Shown: positions 38,447 through 48,768, counted from the stretch's first letter. The stretch is 64,000 nt of DNA from an uncultured Pelagibacteraceae bacterium (GCA_902590535.1 CACIXF010000002.1:4105-68104), one strand, 5' to 3'. The notes: generated by a model from the sequence alone, not told the origin. Made by a program: numbers and translations.

Positions 38447-41214
38447 TGAGCTCAGAAAAAAGAAAAATTGCTTATATTGATGGAAAACCATACGAAATTG
38501 GTCCTAAACACACGTCTATTTTAAAATTTGTAAAAAGCTATGTAGGTGAAAAAAAAGTACCTACTTTATGTGATGATCCAAACCTAGCTCCTTATGGTGC
38601 TTGCAGAGTTTGCTCTGTAGAAGTTGCTTTAGAAAAAGATGGTCCAACAAGAGTGGTCGCATCTTGTCATACTCCAGTTGCTGAAAACCAACATATCTTT
38701 ACTTCAAATGAAGCTTTAACAAGTCTAAGAAAAAACATTGTTGAATTAGTTTTAACAGACCATCCAATGGAATGTGATACTTGTGAGGTAAATAATAATT
38801 GTGAATTACAAACAGTTGCAAACGATTTAGGAGTTGCTGATCACAGATACAACAGTCCTAAACAGCATAAAGGTATACCAAGAGATACTTCTCACGATTA
38901 CATGAGAATGAATTTAGACAATTGTATTAATTGTGGAAGATGTGTCAGAGCTTGTGATGAAATTCAAGGTTCATTTGTACTTACAATGAGCGGAAGAGGT
39001 TTTGAATCTAGAATAACAACTGATAATGATATGATGTTTGGAGATAGTTCGTGTGTATCTTGTGGAGCATGTGCGCATACATGTCCAACAGATGCAATTT
39101 CAGATGTTTTTCAATCTAAATCTGCAGCTGTAGATAAAAAAGTTAGGACAACTTGTTCATACTGTGGTGTTGGATGTAATTTAGAAGCATCAATAAAAGA
39201 TGATAAAGTTGTTGCAATAGATACTCCAAAACAAACAGAGGTAAATGCTGGTCATACTTGTATTAAAGGAAGATATGCATTTAGTTTTTATGATCATCCA
39301 GACAGATTAAAAACACCTTTAATTAAAAGAAATGGAAAGTTTGAAGAAGCTTCGTGGGATGAAGCTTATGATTTTATTAAAAAAGAAATGAACAGAATTA
39401 CAAAAGATAACGGTCCAGATGCCTTTGCTGGAATTTCTTCTGCAAGATGTACGAATGAAGAAAATTATGTTTTTCAAAAAATGATTAGAGCGGCTGTGGG
39501 AACTAACAGTGTAGATTGTTGTGCAAGAATTTGTCATTCACCAACAGCTTGGGGAATGCAACAAACTTTTGGGACTGGGGCAGCAACTAACTCTACAGAA
39601 GATATTTATCATGCGGATTTATTTTTGGTAATTGGAGCTAATCCAACAAATGCTCATCCTGTAACAGGTGCAAAAATAAAACAGCAAGTGATGAAAGGTA
39701 AAAAATTAATTGTACTTGATCCAGTTACAACTGAACTTGCGAAACTTGCTGATTATCATATTAAACTAAGACCAGGAACTAACGTTGCAGTTCTAAATAT
39801 GATGTTGCACTTTATTATTAAATCAAAACTTTATAATGCAGGTTTTATTAGAGATAGAACTGAAGGTTTTGATAATTTCTTAAAAGAAATTGAAAGACAA
39901 GATGTTGATCATTTAGCAAAAGTAGCTGGTGTAGATAAACAATTAGTTAAAGAAGCAGCAATTGCATATGCTACTGCAAAAAATTCAATGGAGTTCCATG
40001 GTTTAGGAGTTACTGAACACGAACAGGGATCTAAAACTGTAATGTTAATTGCAGATTTAGCAATGATCACTGGAAACATTGGACGAAAAGGTGTCGGGGT
40101 TAATCCTTTAAGAGGTCAAAACAATGTTCAAGGTGCAGCAGATATGGGATGTCAGCCTCACCAAGGTGCTGGTTATTTTCCTGTAGCTGATGAAAAGCAT
40201 CAAGAATTCTACACACAAAAATATGGAGTAACTCACCCAACTAAGCCTGGATTAAAAATTCCTCAAATGTTTGAAGCTGCAATAAACAAGGAATTAAAAG
40301 GTTTATGGATCATTGGAGAAGATATTGTTCAAACAGATCCTAATAGTGCTCATGTAATTGAAGCTATGAACTCTTTAGAACTTTTAGTTGTTCAAGAAAT
40401 ATTTATGAGTGAAACAGCAAAATTAGCAACTGTTGTTCTGCCAGGTACAACGTTCTTAGAAAAAGATGGAACTTTTACGAACACTGAGAGAAGAATTCAA
40501 AGAGTAAACAGAGCTGTACCTCCTCTACCAGGCACTAAACCTGATGGATTAATTGTAACTGAGATGATGCAGAAATTAGGATTTGATCAGCCAACTTATG
40601 ATGCAGATCAAGTTCTAGCTGAAATTGCTGATATAGTTCCTTTCTTTAAGGGAGTTACTAGAGAGAGACTCGGAAAATTAGGATTACAGTGGCCAGTCCA
40701 AGAAGATGGAACTGATACAAAAATTTTACATACAGAAACATTTAAATTAGGTAAAGGTCGACTAAAAAACTTTGATTGGAAAGAATCATCAGAAATAGAA
40801 GCTAATCAAAAAGACTACCCTTTGATTTTAACAACTAGTAGAGTTTTACAACATTACAACGCAGCAACAATGACTAGAAGAACAAAGAATATAAATATTG
40901 TTGATGAAGATGTTTTATTAATTCATCCTAAAGATGCAGCTCATAGAGATCTAAATACTGGTGATATTGGAAGACTTTATTCAGGTAGAGGTGAGGTTGC
41001 GCTTAAAGTTGAAGTTACAGATAAAGTTAAAGAAGGAATTGTGTTTACTACGTTCCATTTCCCAGAGCATATGGTTAATATGGTTACAGGTCATGGTAAA
41101 GATGAAGAAACAATGTGTGCAGAATACAAAGTATCTTCTGTTGAAGTACAAAAAATTTCTAATCAATTTAAAACAGAAGTTAAACCAAAAGAAAATCAAG
41201 CTGAAGTTAGTTAA
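38446..41214 (+). CDS. fdsA: NAD-dependent formate dehydrogenase alpha subunit (Mo/W-bisPGD, Cys ligand)
   Basis: N-terminal 2Fe-2S and 4Fe-4S motifs, CSYCGVGC, CARICHSPT, PLRGQNNVQG. Confidence 0.92.
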   Translation: MSSEKRKIAYIDGKPYEIGPKHTSILKFVKSYVGEKKVPTLCDDPNLAPYGACRVCSVEVALEKDGPTRVVASCHTPVAENQHIFTSNEALTSLRKNIVELVLTDHPMECDTCEVNNNCELQTVANDLGVADHRYNSPKQHKGIPRDTSHDYMRMNLDNCINCGRCVRACDEIQGSFVLTMSGRGFESRITTDNDMMFGDSSCVSCGACAHTCPTDAISDVFQSKSAAVDKKVRTTCSYCGVGCNLEASIKDDKVVAIDTPKQTEVNAGHTCIKGRYAFSFYDHPDRLKTPLIKRNGKFEEASWDEAYDFIKKEMNRITKDNGPDAFAGISSARCTNEENYVFQKMIRAAVGTNSVDCCARICHSPTAWGMQQTFGTGAATNSTEDIYHADLFLVIGANPTNAHPVTGAKIKQQVMKGKKLIVLDPVTTELAKLADYHIKLRPGTNVAVLNMMLHFIIKSKLYNAGFIRDRTEGFDNFLKEIERQDVDHLAKVAGVDKQLVKEAAIAYATAKNSMEFHGLGVTEHEQGSKTVMLIADLAMITGNIGRKGVGVNPLRGQNNVQGAADMGCQPHQGAGYFPVADEKHQEFYTQKYGVTHPTKPGLKIPQMFEAAINKELKGLWIIGEDIVQTDPNSAHVIEAMNSLELLVVQEIFMSETAKLATVVLPGTTFLEKDGTFTNTERRIQRVNRAVPPLPGTKPDGLIVTEMMQKLGFDQPTYDADQVLAEIADIVPFFKGVTRERLGKLGLQWPVQEDGTDTKILHTETFKLGKGRLKNFDWKESSEIEANQKDYPLILTTSRVLQHYNAATMTRRTKNINIVDEDVLLIHPKDAAHRDLNTGDIGRLYSGRGEVALKVEVTDKVKEGIVFTTFHFPEHMVNMVTGHGKDEETMCAEYKVSSVEVQKISNQFKTEVKPKENQAEVS

Positions 41215-41219
41215 TTAAA

Positions 41220-42665
41220 ATGACCATTGGTTGGCATTTTGATAATACCTATTCAAAGTTATCAAATACTTTTAAAGAAAATATTAAACCAACTCCTGTT
41301 CATGATCCTGAATTAGTAATTTTAAATGAGGAACTAGCCTCTACTTTAAATTTAGATTTTTCAAAAACAGACAAAAAAAAATTAGCAGAAATATTTTCTG
41401 GAAACTCCATACCAGAAGAAACCAATACCATTGCGCAAGCATATGCAGGTCATCAATTTGGACACTTTACTATGTTGGGAGATGGTAGAGCAGTTTTATT
41501 GGGTGAACATTTAGTTAACAATGATAATCGATTTGACATTCAGTTTAAAGGTTCAGGAAGAACTTCTTTTTCTAGAGGTGGTGATGGAAGAGCGGCACTA
41601 GGACCTATGCTTAGAGAATATATTATCAGTGAAGCGATACATTCATTAAATATTCCAACTACGAGAAGCCTTGCTGTAGTAAAAACGGGAGAAAAAGTTG
41701 TAAGAGAAAATCTTTTACAGGGCGCTATATTAACAAGAGTTGCATCAAGTCATCTTCGGGTTGGAACGTTTCAATATATAGCTGCAACTCAAAACATTGA
41801 AAATTTAAATACTTTGGTCGACTACACAATAAACAGACATTATCCAGAAATTAAAACATCAAATTCAAAAGGATTAGACTTGTTAAATCTTGTAATGGAA
41901 AAACAATGCCAGCTAGTAATCAATTGGATGAGGGTTGGATTTATTCATGGGGTTATGAATACTGACAACATGGCAATTTCAGGTGAAACCATTGATTATG
42001 GTCCTTGTGCATTTATGGATCATTATGATCCAAAAACTGTATTTAGCTCAATAGATAAATTTGGGAGATATGCCTTTTCTAATCAACCACCAATTACAAA
42101 GTGGAATTTAGCAAGATTTGCAGAATGTTTAATACCTCTAATTGACAAAAATGAAGATACTGCAATTAAATTAGCAACAGATTTAATGGATAATTTCCAA
42201 AATATTTATGAAGATAAATGGTTAAATATGATGAGAGATAAACTTGGTCTATTTGGTGAGGATAAAAATGATAAAAAATTAATTAATGATTTGTTTAATT
42301 GGATGGAAAAAAATAAAGCTGATTACACAAATACTTTTTGTAATATAATGGATATCAATTCTGATGAAATTTATAAAAATAATGATTTTATCGATTGGAA
42401 AAATGAATGGAAAAAAAGATCTGAGTTAAATAATTCAACTAAAGAAAAACAAAGCAAACTTATGAAATCAAATAATCCAATTGTAATTCCTAGAAATCAT
42501 AAAGTAGAGGAAGCTTTAGCTGAAGCAGACAAGGGAAGTTTAGATAAAATGAAAAAGTTATTAGCTATTTTAAGAAATCCTTACGACAATCAGAATAATA
42601 TTGAAGAATATCAAGCACCTGCTCCATCGAGCAACAAAAAATATCAAACTTTTTGCGGAACTTAA
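41220..42665 (+). CDS. selO: SelO/YdiU protein adenylyltransferase
   Basis: AYAGHQFG, LGDGRA, KGSG, GDGRA, HGVMNTDN, IDYGP, C-terminal TFCGT. Confidence 0.93.
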   Translation: MTIGWHFDNTYSKLSNTFKENIKPTPVHDPELVILNEELASTLNLDFSKTDKKKLAEIFSGNSIPEETNTIAQAYAGHQFGHFTMLGDGRAVLLGEHLVNNDNRFDIQFKGSGRTSFSRGGDGRAALGPMLREYIISEAIHSLNIPTTRSLAVVKTGEKVVRENLLQGAILTRVASSHLRVGTFQYIAATQNIENLNTLVDYTINRHYPEIKTSNSKGLDLLNLVMEKQCQLVINWMRVGFIHGVMNTDNMAISGETIDYGPCAFMDHYDPKTVFSSIDKFGRYAFSNQPPITKWNLARFAECLIPLIDKNEDTAIKLATDLMDNFQNIYEDKWLNMMRDKLGLFGEDKNDKKLINDLFNWMEKNKADYTNTFCNIMDINSDEIYKNNDFIDWKNEWKKRSELNNSTKEKQSKLMKSNNPIVIPRNHKVEEALAEADKGSLDKMKKLLAILRNPYDNQNNIEEYQAPAPSSNKKYQTFCGT

Positions 42666-42666
42666 A

Positions 42667-43770
42667 TTATAAAACGTAGGGCTCTGGCCTAGCAGTTTTA
42701 CCCAAAACTCTCTCAACTGCAAAATCACTTATATCAATTGTTTGGTATGATCCTGTTGTGATTAATTCAGTTAAGGCTCTACCGATACCTGGTGCCTGCA
42801 TTAATCCTCGGCCTGTAAATCCAGAAGCCATGTAAACATTGTCATATTTTGGATGTTTACCAACAACTGCATTATTATCTAATCTATTACAATCATAGTA
42901 ACCTGCCCATCCACCAGTTAACTTTAATTCTTCAAAGGCAGGTATTCTCTTAGCAAGAGCTGGCCAAACTAATTCCTCAAAATCATTCCAAGCTGGCTCC
43001 AAATCATCTGCATCAAATACAGAAACAGGTGATCCTGCTAAATATTCCCCTCCTTCTGGTCTCCAATAAACACCAGTTGTTAAGTCTCCACTGAGTGGCA
43101 TCTCTTTTATATATGTTGGACATTTAACTCTAAAAACAGTGTGCTTTTGAGGAACAACAGGAATATCTTCTAACAATTCCTTTGTCCAACAACCAGCTGC
43201 AGAAACTATTGTTTTAGCATTTATTTCAGAAATACTTTTAACTTCGCCCTTAATAAATTCTGCTCCAAGCTCTATTGCTTTACTTTTAAGAGCGCTATGA
43301 AACATAAATGGATCAATCCATCCTTCACTTTGATTATCCGTATAAGTTGCTGTCTCTATCCCATCACTATTCACATAAGGGAAAACCTTGGATAATTCTG
43401 ACCCTTTAATATTTTTTGTTCCAGCATCACATTCTTTATGATTTTCTAATGCTCTATATTGTTCTTCAGCATGTTCAGGGCCAAACATTAAAAGATATCC
43501 ATTGGTTACCATACTTGCTGTTGGATTAGGATTTTTTTCTGTTTTTAATAATTCTGGTATTTGAAAAATAAACTCTCTTGCAAATTTTCCTAATAAAATA
43601 TTTTCTTTTTGGAAAAATTGTCTTCTAAAACCACCTAGAGATAATGGGAATGAAGCTGTTTTATAAGTAGGATCTCTTTCAACAACTTTTACTTTTCTGC
43701 CTTCTTTGGATAAAAAATAAGCGGTTGCCGCCCCTATTATTCCTCCACCAATTACTACAACATCATCCAT
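42667..43770 (-). CDS. FAD-dependent oxidoreductase (DAO/sarcosine oxidase beta/FOXRED1-like)
   Basis: VVIGGGIIG, ERDPTY, GGFRRQF, WAGYYD.N..D.N, GFTG.GLMQAP. Confidence 0.8.
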   Translation of the reverse strand: MDDVVVIGGGIIGAATAYFLSKEGRKVKVVERDPTYKTASFPLSLGGFRRQFFQKENILLGKFAREFIFQIPELLKTEKNPNPTASMVTNGYLLMFGPEHAEEQYRALENHKECDAGTKNIKGSELSKVFPYVNSDGIETATYTDNQSEGWIDPFMFHSALKSKAIELGAEFIKGEVKSISEINAKTIVSAAGCWTKELLEDIPVVPQKHTVFRVKCPTYIKEMPLSGDLTTGVYWRPEGGEYLAGSPVSVFDADDLEPAWNDFEELVWPALAKRIPAFEELKLTGGWAGYYDCNRLDNNAVVGKHPKYDNVYMASGFTGRGLMQAPGIGRALTELITTGSYQTIDISDFAVERVLGKTARPEPYVL

Positions 43771-43772
43771 AT

Positions 43773-44240
43773 CTAATTTAACATAATCAAGCTTGTATTC
43801 AGAATTAGTGCAAAGCTACACCAAAGTAAATATGGAATCATTAGGTAGGCGCTCAACATCTTGACGCGTTTAAACCTTAAAATAAGATTTATTATCAATG
43901 CTATTAGTACGATTAATACTAAAAGAGCCAAAAACATATTATGGAAAACAAAGAAAACTACACTCCAAGTTGTATTAAATGCTAAATGAATAAAATAAAT
44001 ATAAACAGTATTCATATCTCTATTTTTTGTATGCCAGTAAAGCCATATTGCAACTGTCATCAATGTATACAAGGTGGTCCAAACAGGCGCGAATATCCAA
44101 TCTGGCGGATTAAATGTTGGTTTGTTTAGTAATGAGTACCATGGCTCTTTAAATGTAATGGTAGCTAAACCGCCAATCAATGAGGCAGAGAATGTAATAG
44201 TAAGAAACAATATAAATGTTAAAAATTTATTTTTAAACAT
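43773..44240 (-). CDS. tspO: TspO/MBR tryptophan-rich sensory protein
   Basis: WY..LNKP.FNPP.W.FAPVWT.LY, N..WS..FF, PYL.W..FA. Start taken at MFKNK; the ORF is open to 44255. Confidence 0.92.
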   Translation of the reverse strand: MFKNKFLTFILFLTITFSASLIGGLATITFKEPWYSLLNKPTFNPPDWIFAPVWTTLYTLMTVAIWLYWHTKNRDMNTVYIYFIHLAFNTTWSVVFFVFHNMFLALLVLIVLIALIINLILRFKRVKMLSAYLMIPYLLWCSFALILNTSLIMLN

Positions 44241-44263
44241 GTTAAATATATACATAACAAAAA

Positions 44264-45022
44264 ATGAGTAAAAAAACTATTTGGATTACAGGTGGTAGTA
44301 CTGGGATCGGCAAAGCTTTAGCAATTAAGTTTGCAAGTAAAGGATGGAATGTTGCTATCTCGGCAAGAAGAGCTGAATTGCTAAATGAGCTTTCAAATTC
44401 TTATGAAAATATTTCAGGTTTTCCTTTAGATGTAACAGATAAGGAAAAATGCAAAGAAGTATTTAATGAAATTAAAAACAAATATGAAAATATAGATATT
44501 TGTTTTTTTTCAACTGGAACATGGGATCCCAAAAAAGAAAAAGATATAGATGTCGAACAAATGGAAGATGTTTTTAAAGTAAATTTTTTTGGAACTGTGA
44601 ATAGCATCAAAGCAGTTGAACAATACTTTAGAGATAAAAAAAACGGTATAATTACTATTGTTTCATCAATTGCAGGATATAGGGGATTACCTAATTCAAC
44701 TGGATATGGGCCATCTAAATCTGCATTAAATAACTTAGCAGAAAGTTTGTACTTTGATTTTAAAAGGTACAATGTTCGTGTTTGTTTAGTATCTCCTGGA
44801 TTTATTAAAACACCAATGACAGATAAAAATGATTTTAAAATGCCTTTTTTAAAAACTCCTGAGTATGCTGCAGATCAAATTTATGAAGGTTTAGTTAACA
44901 AAAATATATTTGAAATACATTTTCCAAAATCACTTACAATCACATTAAAACTATTGAGTTTTTTACCAAGTAAAATTTATTTTGGTTTAGTTGGAAAACT
45001 AACGAAATATCAAAAAAAATAG
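44264..45022 (+). CDS. Short-chain dehydrogenase/reductase associated with the cfa/DUF1365 cluster
   Basis: WITGGSTGIG, YGPSK, PGFIKTPMTDKNDFKMPF. Confidence 0.88.
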   Translation: MSKKTIWITGGSTGIGKALAIKFASKGWNVAISARRAELLNELSNSYENISGFPLDVTDKEKCKEVFNEIKNKYENIDICFFSTGTWDPKKEKDIDVEQMEDVFKVNFFGTVNSIKAVEQYFRDKKNGIITIVSSIAGYRGLPNSTGYGPSKSALNNLAESLYFDFKRYNVRVCLVSPGFIKTPMTDKNDFKMPFLKTPEYAADQIYEGLVNKNIFEIHFPKSLTITLKLLSFLPSKIYFGLVGKLTKYQKK

Positions 45023-45583
45023 TTAATCTTTTACAAATACAACTGTCAATTCAGCTACTTTAAAACCAAATTTAGTCATTGTTGCTCTATTAATTGCAAC
45101 TCTATCATCTTGTTTAAAAATCCAATCATCGAAAGTTATTTTTAATTCTTTGCCTTTGACCGGAACTAATAAAACATATTCAAATTTAAACGCTGGTCCA
45201 TAAGAATATCCTATTGCTTTGCCAACAACATCTCCTGCTGTTCCTTCGTAATTATGCTCATCAATTTTATTTATTGTCCACTCTCGGTCTTGAACTTCAC
45301 CATCGTCCCAATTAAATTTTTCTTTAAGAATTAATTGCTTTCCATCCCAGTTTCCATTTAAATCTGCAGAAAACTGTCTTGTAACTTTTCCTGATCTATT
45401 TTGTAGAACACCCCAAGCCTTAACATTTCCAGATAAGTATTCCTCAATAATTAATCTTGGTTCTTTGTTTTTAAAGTCTTCTGGTTTCATAGCGCTATTA
45501 TTTGAGCAACTTGTAATTAAGAATAATGAAATTATCAATGAAATTGACTTAATTATTTTTATATGTCGCATAAATATCTTCAT
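45023..45583 (-). CDS. DUF3833-type lipoprotein
   Basis: Lipobox LITSC; G.V.AWG, F.WDDGE...R.W, FDDW, KFG; typical neighbour of cfa/DUF1365 genes. Confidence 0.78.
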   Translation of the reverse strand: MKIFMRHIKIIKSISLIISLFLITSCSNNSAMKPEDFKNKEPRLIIEEYLSGNVKAWGVLQNRSGKVTRQFSADLNGNWDGKQLILKEKFNWDDGEVQDREWTINKIDEHNYEGTAGDVVGKAIGYSYGPAFKFEYVLLVPVKGKELKITFDDWIFKQDDRVAINRATMTKFGFKVAELTVVFVKD

Positions 45584-45588
45584 TATTT

Positions 45589-46767
45589 TTATTTGTTTTG
45601 CATTGAAAATTGTATCAGATCAATATTTTTTGACTTAAATCCAGCTTCACAATAAGAAAGATAAAACTCCCACATTCTTTTAAATGTTAAATCAAAACCT
45701 TGATTTTTTATTAAATCCCATTTTTTTAAAAACTCATTTCTCCATATAGCCAATGTATTTGCATAATGGTCAGCATAAGAAATATATGAATTAATAGTTA
45801 AACCGTTGTCAGAAACATATCGATTAATACTATTTTTATTTGGCAAAAAACCACCTGGAAAAATATATTTTTGAATAAAATCTTGTTTGTTTTTGTATCT
45901 ATCAAACAATCTATCATCTATGGTAATTGCTTGAATAGCTGCTTTACCGCCATCAGATAAGTTGGTTTTAATAGTTTTAAAATAACCCTCTAAATAATTT
46001 TGACCAACAGCCTCAATCATTTCTATAGACGCAATTGAATTGTATTTCCCTTTAAGATCTCTGTAATCCTTTATTTCAATATTTACTTTTTCGTTTAAAC
46101 CACAATTAAAAATTCTTTCTTTTGCATATTCAAATTGTTTTTTTGAAATTGTAATACAGTCTAATTTAACATCGTATTTTTTACCTAAATATTCAGCAAA
46201 ACCTCCCCAACCACATCCTATTTCTAAAACTTTGTCACCATTATTTGGTTTTATTAGATCAATTAATTTTTGATATTTATTATTTTGAGCATCAGAAAGA
46301 TTTTTTGATTTATCATCAAAAATAGCACTAGAGTAAGTAAGTGTATTATCTAACCAAAGAGAAAAAAAATCATTCCCAAGATCATAATGTTTAGCAATAT
46401 TTTCTTTGCTTCTACTTTTTGTATTTTTGATTATTTTATTTTTTACAAAATTAATTATTGGAAAATCAAGAAGGCCTGAAAATTTATATATGACTTCTAT
46501 ATTTCTTGCAGTTAATTCGATTAAATTTGATAAGTTATCAGTTTCAAATTCACCTCTCATGTAGCTCTCAGCAAATCCAATACTCCCCCCTCTAATTAAA
46601 TTATAATTAAAATCTGGTTTTTTGATTGAAATATTTGCATGTAATTTTTCATTTGGATTTCCAAACTTTAAAACTTTTCCGTCATATGTAGTAAGCTCTA
46701 GATAACCATGATTTATTTTATTAAGAAATTTAAAAACTAATTTATTTGCGGCGTTATTTAAAAACAT
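45589..46767 (-). CDS. cfa: CFA-synthase-family SAM methyltransferase (UfaM-like candidate)
   Basis: NIAKHYDLGNDFF, LEIGCGWGG, SIEMIEAVG, FIQKYIFPGG, WEFYLSYCEAGF. Confidence 0.88.
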   Translation of the reverse strand: MFLNNAANKLVFKFLNKINHGYLELTTYDGKVLKFGNPNEKLHANISIKKPDFNYNLIRGGSIGFAESYMRGEFETDNLSNLIELTARNIEVIYKFSGLLDFPIINFVKNKIIKNTKSRSKENIAKHYDLGNDFFSLWLDNTLTYSSAIFDDKSKNLSDAQNNKYQKLIDLIKPNNGDKVLEIGCGWGGFAEYLGKKYDVKLDCITISKKQFEYAKERIFNCGLNEKVNIEIKDYRDLKGKYNSIASIEMIEAVGQNYLEGYFKTIKTNLSDGGKAAIQAITIDDRLFDRYKNKQDFIQKYIFPGGFLPNKNSINRYVSDNGLTINSYISYADHYANTLAIWRNEFLKKWDLIKNQGFDLTFKRMWEFYLSYCEAGFKSKNIDLIQFSMQNK

Positions 46768-47531
46768 TAATTTTCTACTGTTATATTATTTTTAATTTTA
46801 AATTTTTTCTTAATAAATTTAATTCCTTTAATCCACAATTTAAACGCTTCAAAATGTATCGCTGAGATAATTTTAAATGTCATTAAAGGGTGTTTAAGAT
46901 AAGAATTCATTAAGTTTTTGCTTGTCAAATCAGATCTTTCACCATCTTGAGATGCAAAAAGAATTTTTCCTTCTTGATCATATTGATCAATTACAACTGA
47001 TAACTTCTGCTCTGGATTTAATATCCTAAAAAAATAATTACAATCCATTTCAATAAATGGTGAAACATGAAATTTTTTTGAGCAATTATTTTGAATTAAT
47101 TTGTTTTGTCCCTCTACTTTAAAAACATATGTGTGTTGCTCACCAAATGTATTTTTAACCTCATATAATATAGAAATTAAATTATCATTTTTATCGTATA
47201 CAAAAAAAATACTTAGTGGATTAAAAACATAACCAAATATTCTTGGATAGCATAAAAGTTTAACTTTTATGTTTTCTGTACTGATTTCGTTATTAATTAG
47301 ATTTTTTTTTACCCACTCAAAAAGAGATGACCCATCACGATCACCATGATCTTTCTCATAAAAACTTATAAGATTAAATTTATTTAATGAAAAAAATTTT
47401 AATTGTTCATTAAGCTCATTTAGCTCCGATAGATCAATAAAAAGTGAAAATACTTTATATTTAAAAAAATGTTCTTTTGGTTTGAATCTCTTATGGATTA
47501 CGTTTCCATTATATATACAAGAACTAATCAT
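46767..47531 (-). CDS. DUF1365 family protein (UfaO-like candidate)
   Basis: H.R..P..H.F.Y, PR.FGYVFNPLS, EV.NTFGE.H.Y, K.FHVSPF, IHFEA.KLW.KG. Confidence 0.85.
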   Translation of the reverse strand: MISSCIYNGNVIHKRFKPKEHFFKYKVFSLFIDLSELNELNEQLKFFSLNKFNLISFYEKDHGDRDGSSLFEWVKKNLINNEISTENIKVKLLCYPRIFGYVFNPLSIFFVYDKNDNLISILYEVKNTFGEQHTYVFKVEGQNKLIQNNCSKKFHVSPFIEMDCNYFFRILNPEQKLSVVIDQYDQEGKILFASQDGERSDLTSKNLMNSYLKHPLMTFKIISAIHFEAFKLWIKGIKFIKKKFKIKNNITVEN

Positions 47532-48762
47532 TAAGGTTTTTCAGCATTTCAATAGATGATTTTATTCCATCTTCATGAAATCCGTAACCAAAATAACTGC
47601 CGCAAAAAAGTAAATCTTTTTGATTTTGTATTTTAATAAGCTCTGATTGAGCATCTAATGCTTTTTGATCGTAATATGGATGTGTAAATTTTACTCTTCT
47701 CAGTATTTTTTTCTCATCAATGTTGAAGTAAGGATTTAGTGTTAAGAAAATATTTTCATCACACTTTAAATTTTGTAATAAATTTAGCCAGTAGGTTATT
47801 GAATTTTTCTCTAAATTCTTGTCATCTATTGATGAATTCCAAGAAGACCAAGCTTTTTTATTTTTTGGCATGGCACGCTGATCTGTATGTATATAAGCTA
47901 TATTTTCTTTGTAGCTAAAATTCGAAAGAATATTTCTCTCATCCTCAGTTGGATTTTCAATTAACTTTAAGGCTTCATCAGCATGTGTTGCCAAAACTAC
48001 TTTATCATAATCAAAAAATTCGCTTTCTCCACCATAGTATAGGTCTAATCCTGATGATTTTCTTTTAACTCTTGTAACTTTGTAATTTTTGTAATGTTCA
48101 CCACTTATTTGAGAAAGTATTTTGCTAACATAAGTTCTGCTTCTATTGGTTACCGTGTACCACTGCGGTCGATTTTTCAATTTAAACAAACCATGATTTT
48201 GGAAAAATCTAAGAAAGAAACTAATTGGCATCTTGCTCGCTTCATAAGGAGGCATAGACCAAATTGCAGATACCATTGGTATTATATGATAATCAACAAA
48301 TGTTTTTGATAATTTATTAATTTTTAAATATTCACCTAAAGTAATTTTATCATTTGATACATTTACTTGATCACTTTTTTTATAAAATTTAATTATATCA
48401 AAAAACATTTTTAAGAACTCTATGTTAAACAAATTTGATTTATTAGAGAAAATTCCACTCAATCCTTTTCCACAATATTCAAAGTTTGTATTATCTACTG
48501 AAACCGAAAAAGACATATTGCTTTTTTCAATTTGAATATCATTTTCCTTAAAAAAATTAATTAAATTTGGATAAGTTTGAAAATTAAAAACAATAAAACC
48601 AATATCTACAGAAACTTTTTTTTCATCAAAAAAAATATCTATTGTATGTGAGTGTCCACCAAAATGATCTTCTCGCTCGAAAAGATCTACATTATGTTTT
48701 TTAGATAAATAATAAGCAGCACTTAATCCAGAAATACCTGAGCCAACAACAGCAATTTTCAT
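47524..48762 (-). CDS. FAD-dependent oxidoreductase (UfaD-like fatty acid desaturase candidate)
   Basis: GSGISGL.AA, GGHSHT, DIGFIVFN..TYPN, FF.NHGL, GFHEDG; overlaps the DUF1365 gene. Confidence 0.85.
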   Translation of the reverse strand: MKIAVVGSGISGLSAAYYLSKKHNVDLFEREDHFGGHSHTIDIFFDEKKVSVDIGFIVFNFQTYPNLINFFKENDIQIEKSNMSFSVSVDNTNFEYCGKGLSGIFSNKSNLFNIEFLKMFFDIIKFYKKSDQVNVSNDKITLGEYLKINKLSKTFVDYHIIPMVSAIWSMPPYEASKMPISFFLRFFQNHGLFKLKNRPQWYTVTNRSRTYVSKILSQISGEHYKNYKVTRVKRKSSGLDLYYGGESEFFDYDKVVLATHADEALKLIENPTEDERNILSNFSYKENIAYIHTDQRAMPKNKKAWSSWNSSIDDKNLEKNSITYWLNLLQNLKCDENIFLTLNPYFNIDEKKILRRVKFTHPYYDQKALDAQSELIKIQNQKDLLFCGSYFGYGFHEDGIKSSIEMLKNLND

Positions 48763-48768
48763 TAATTA

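Noticed and set aside
38446-42665. Selenocysteine recoding in FDH alpha or SelO
   Set aside because: The active-site codon is TGT (CARICH), SelO ends TFCGT-TAA, and there is no in-frame TGA.
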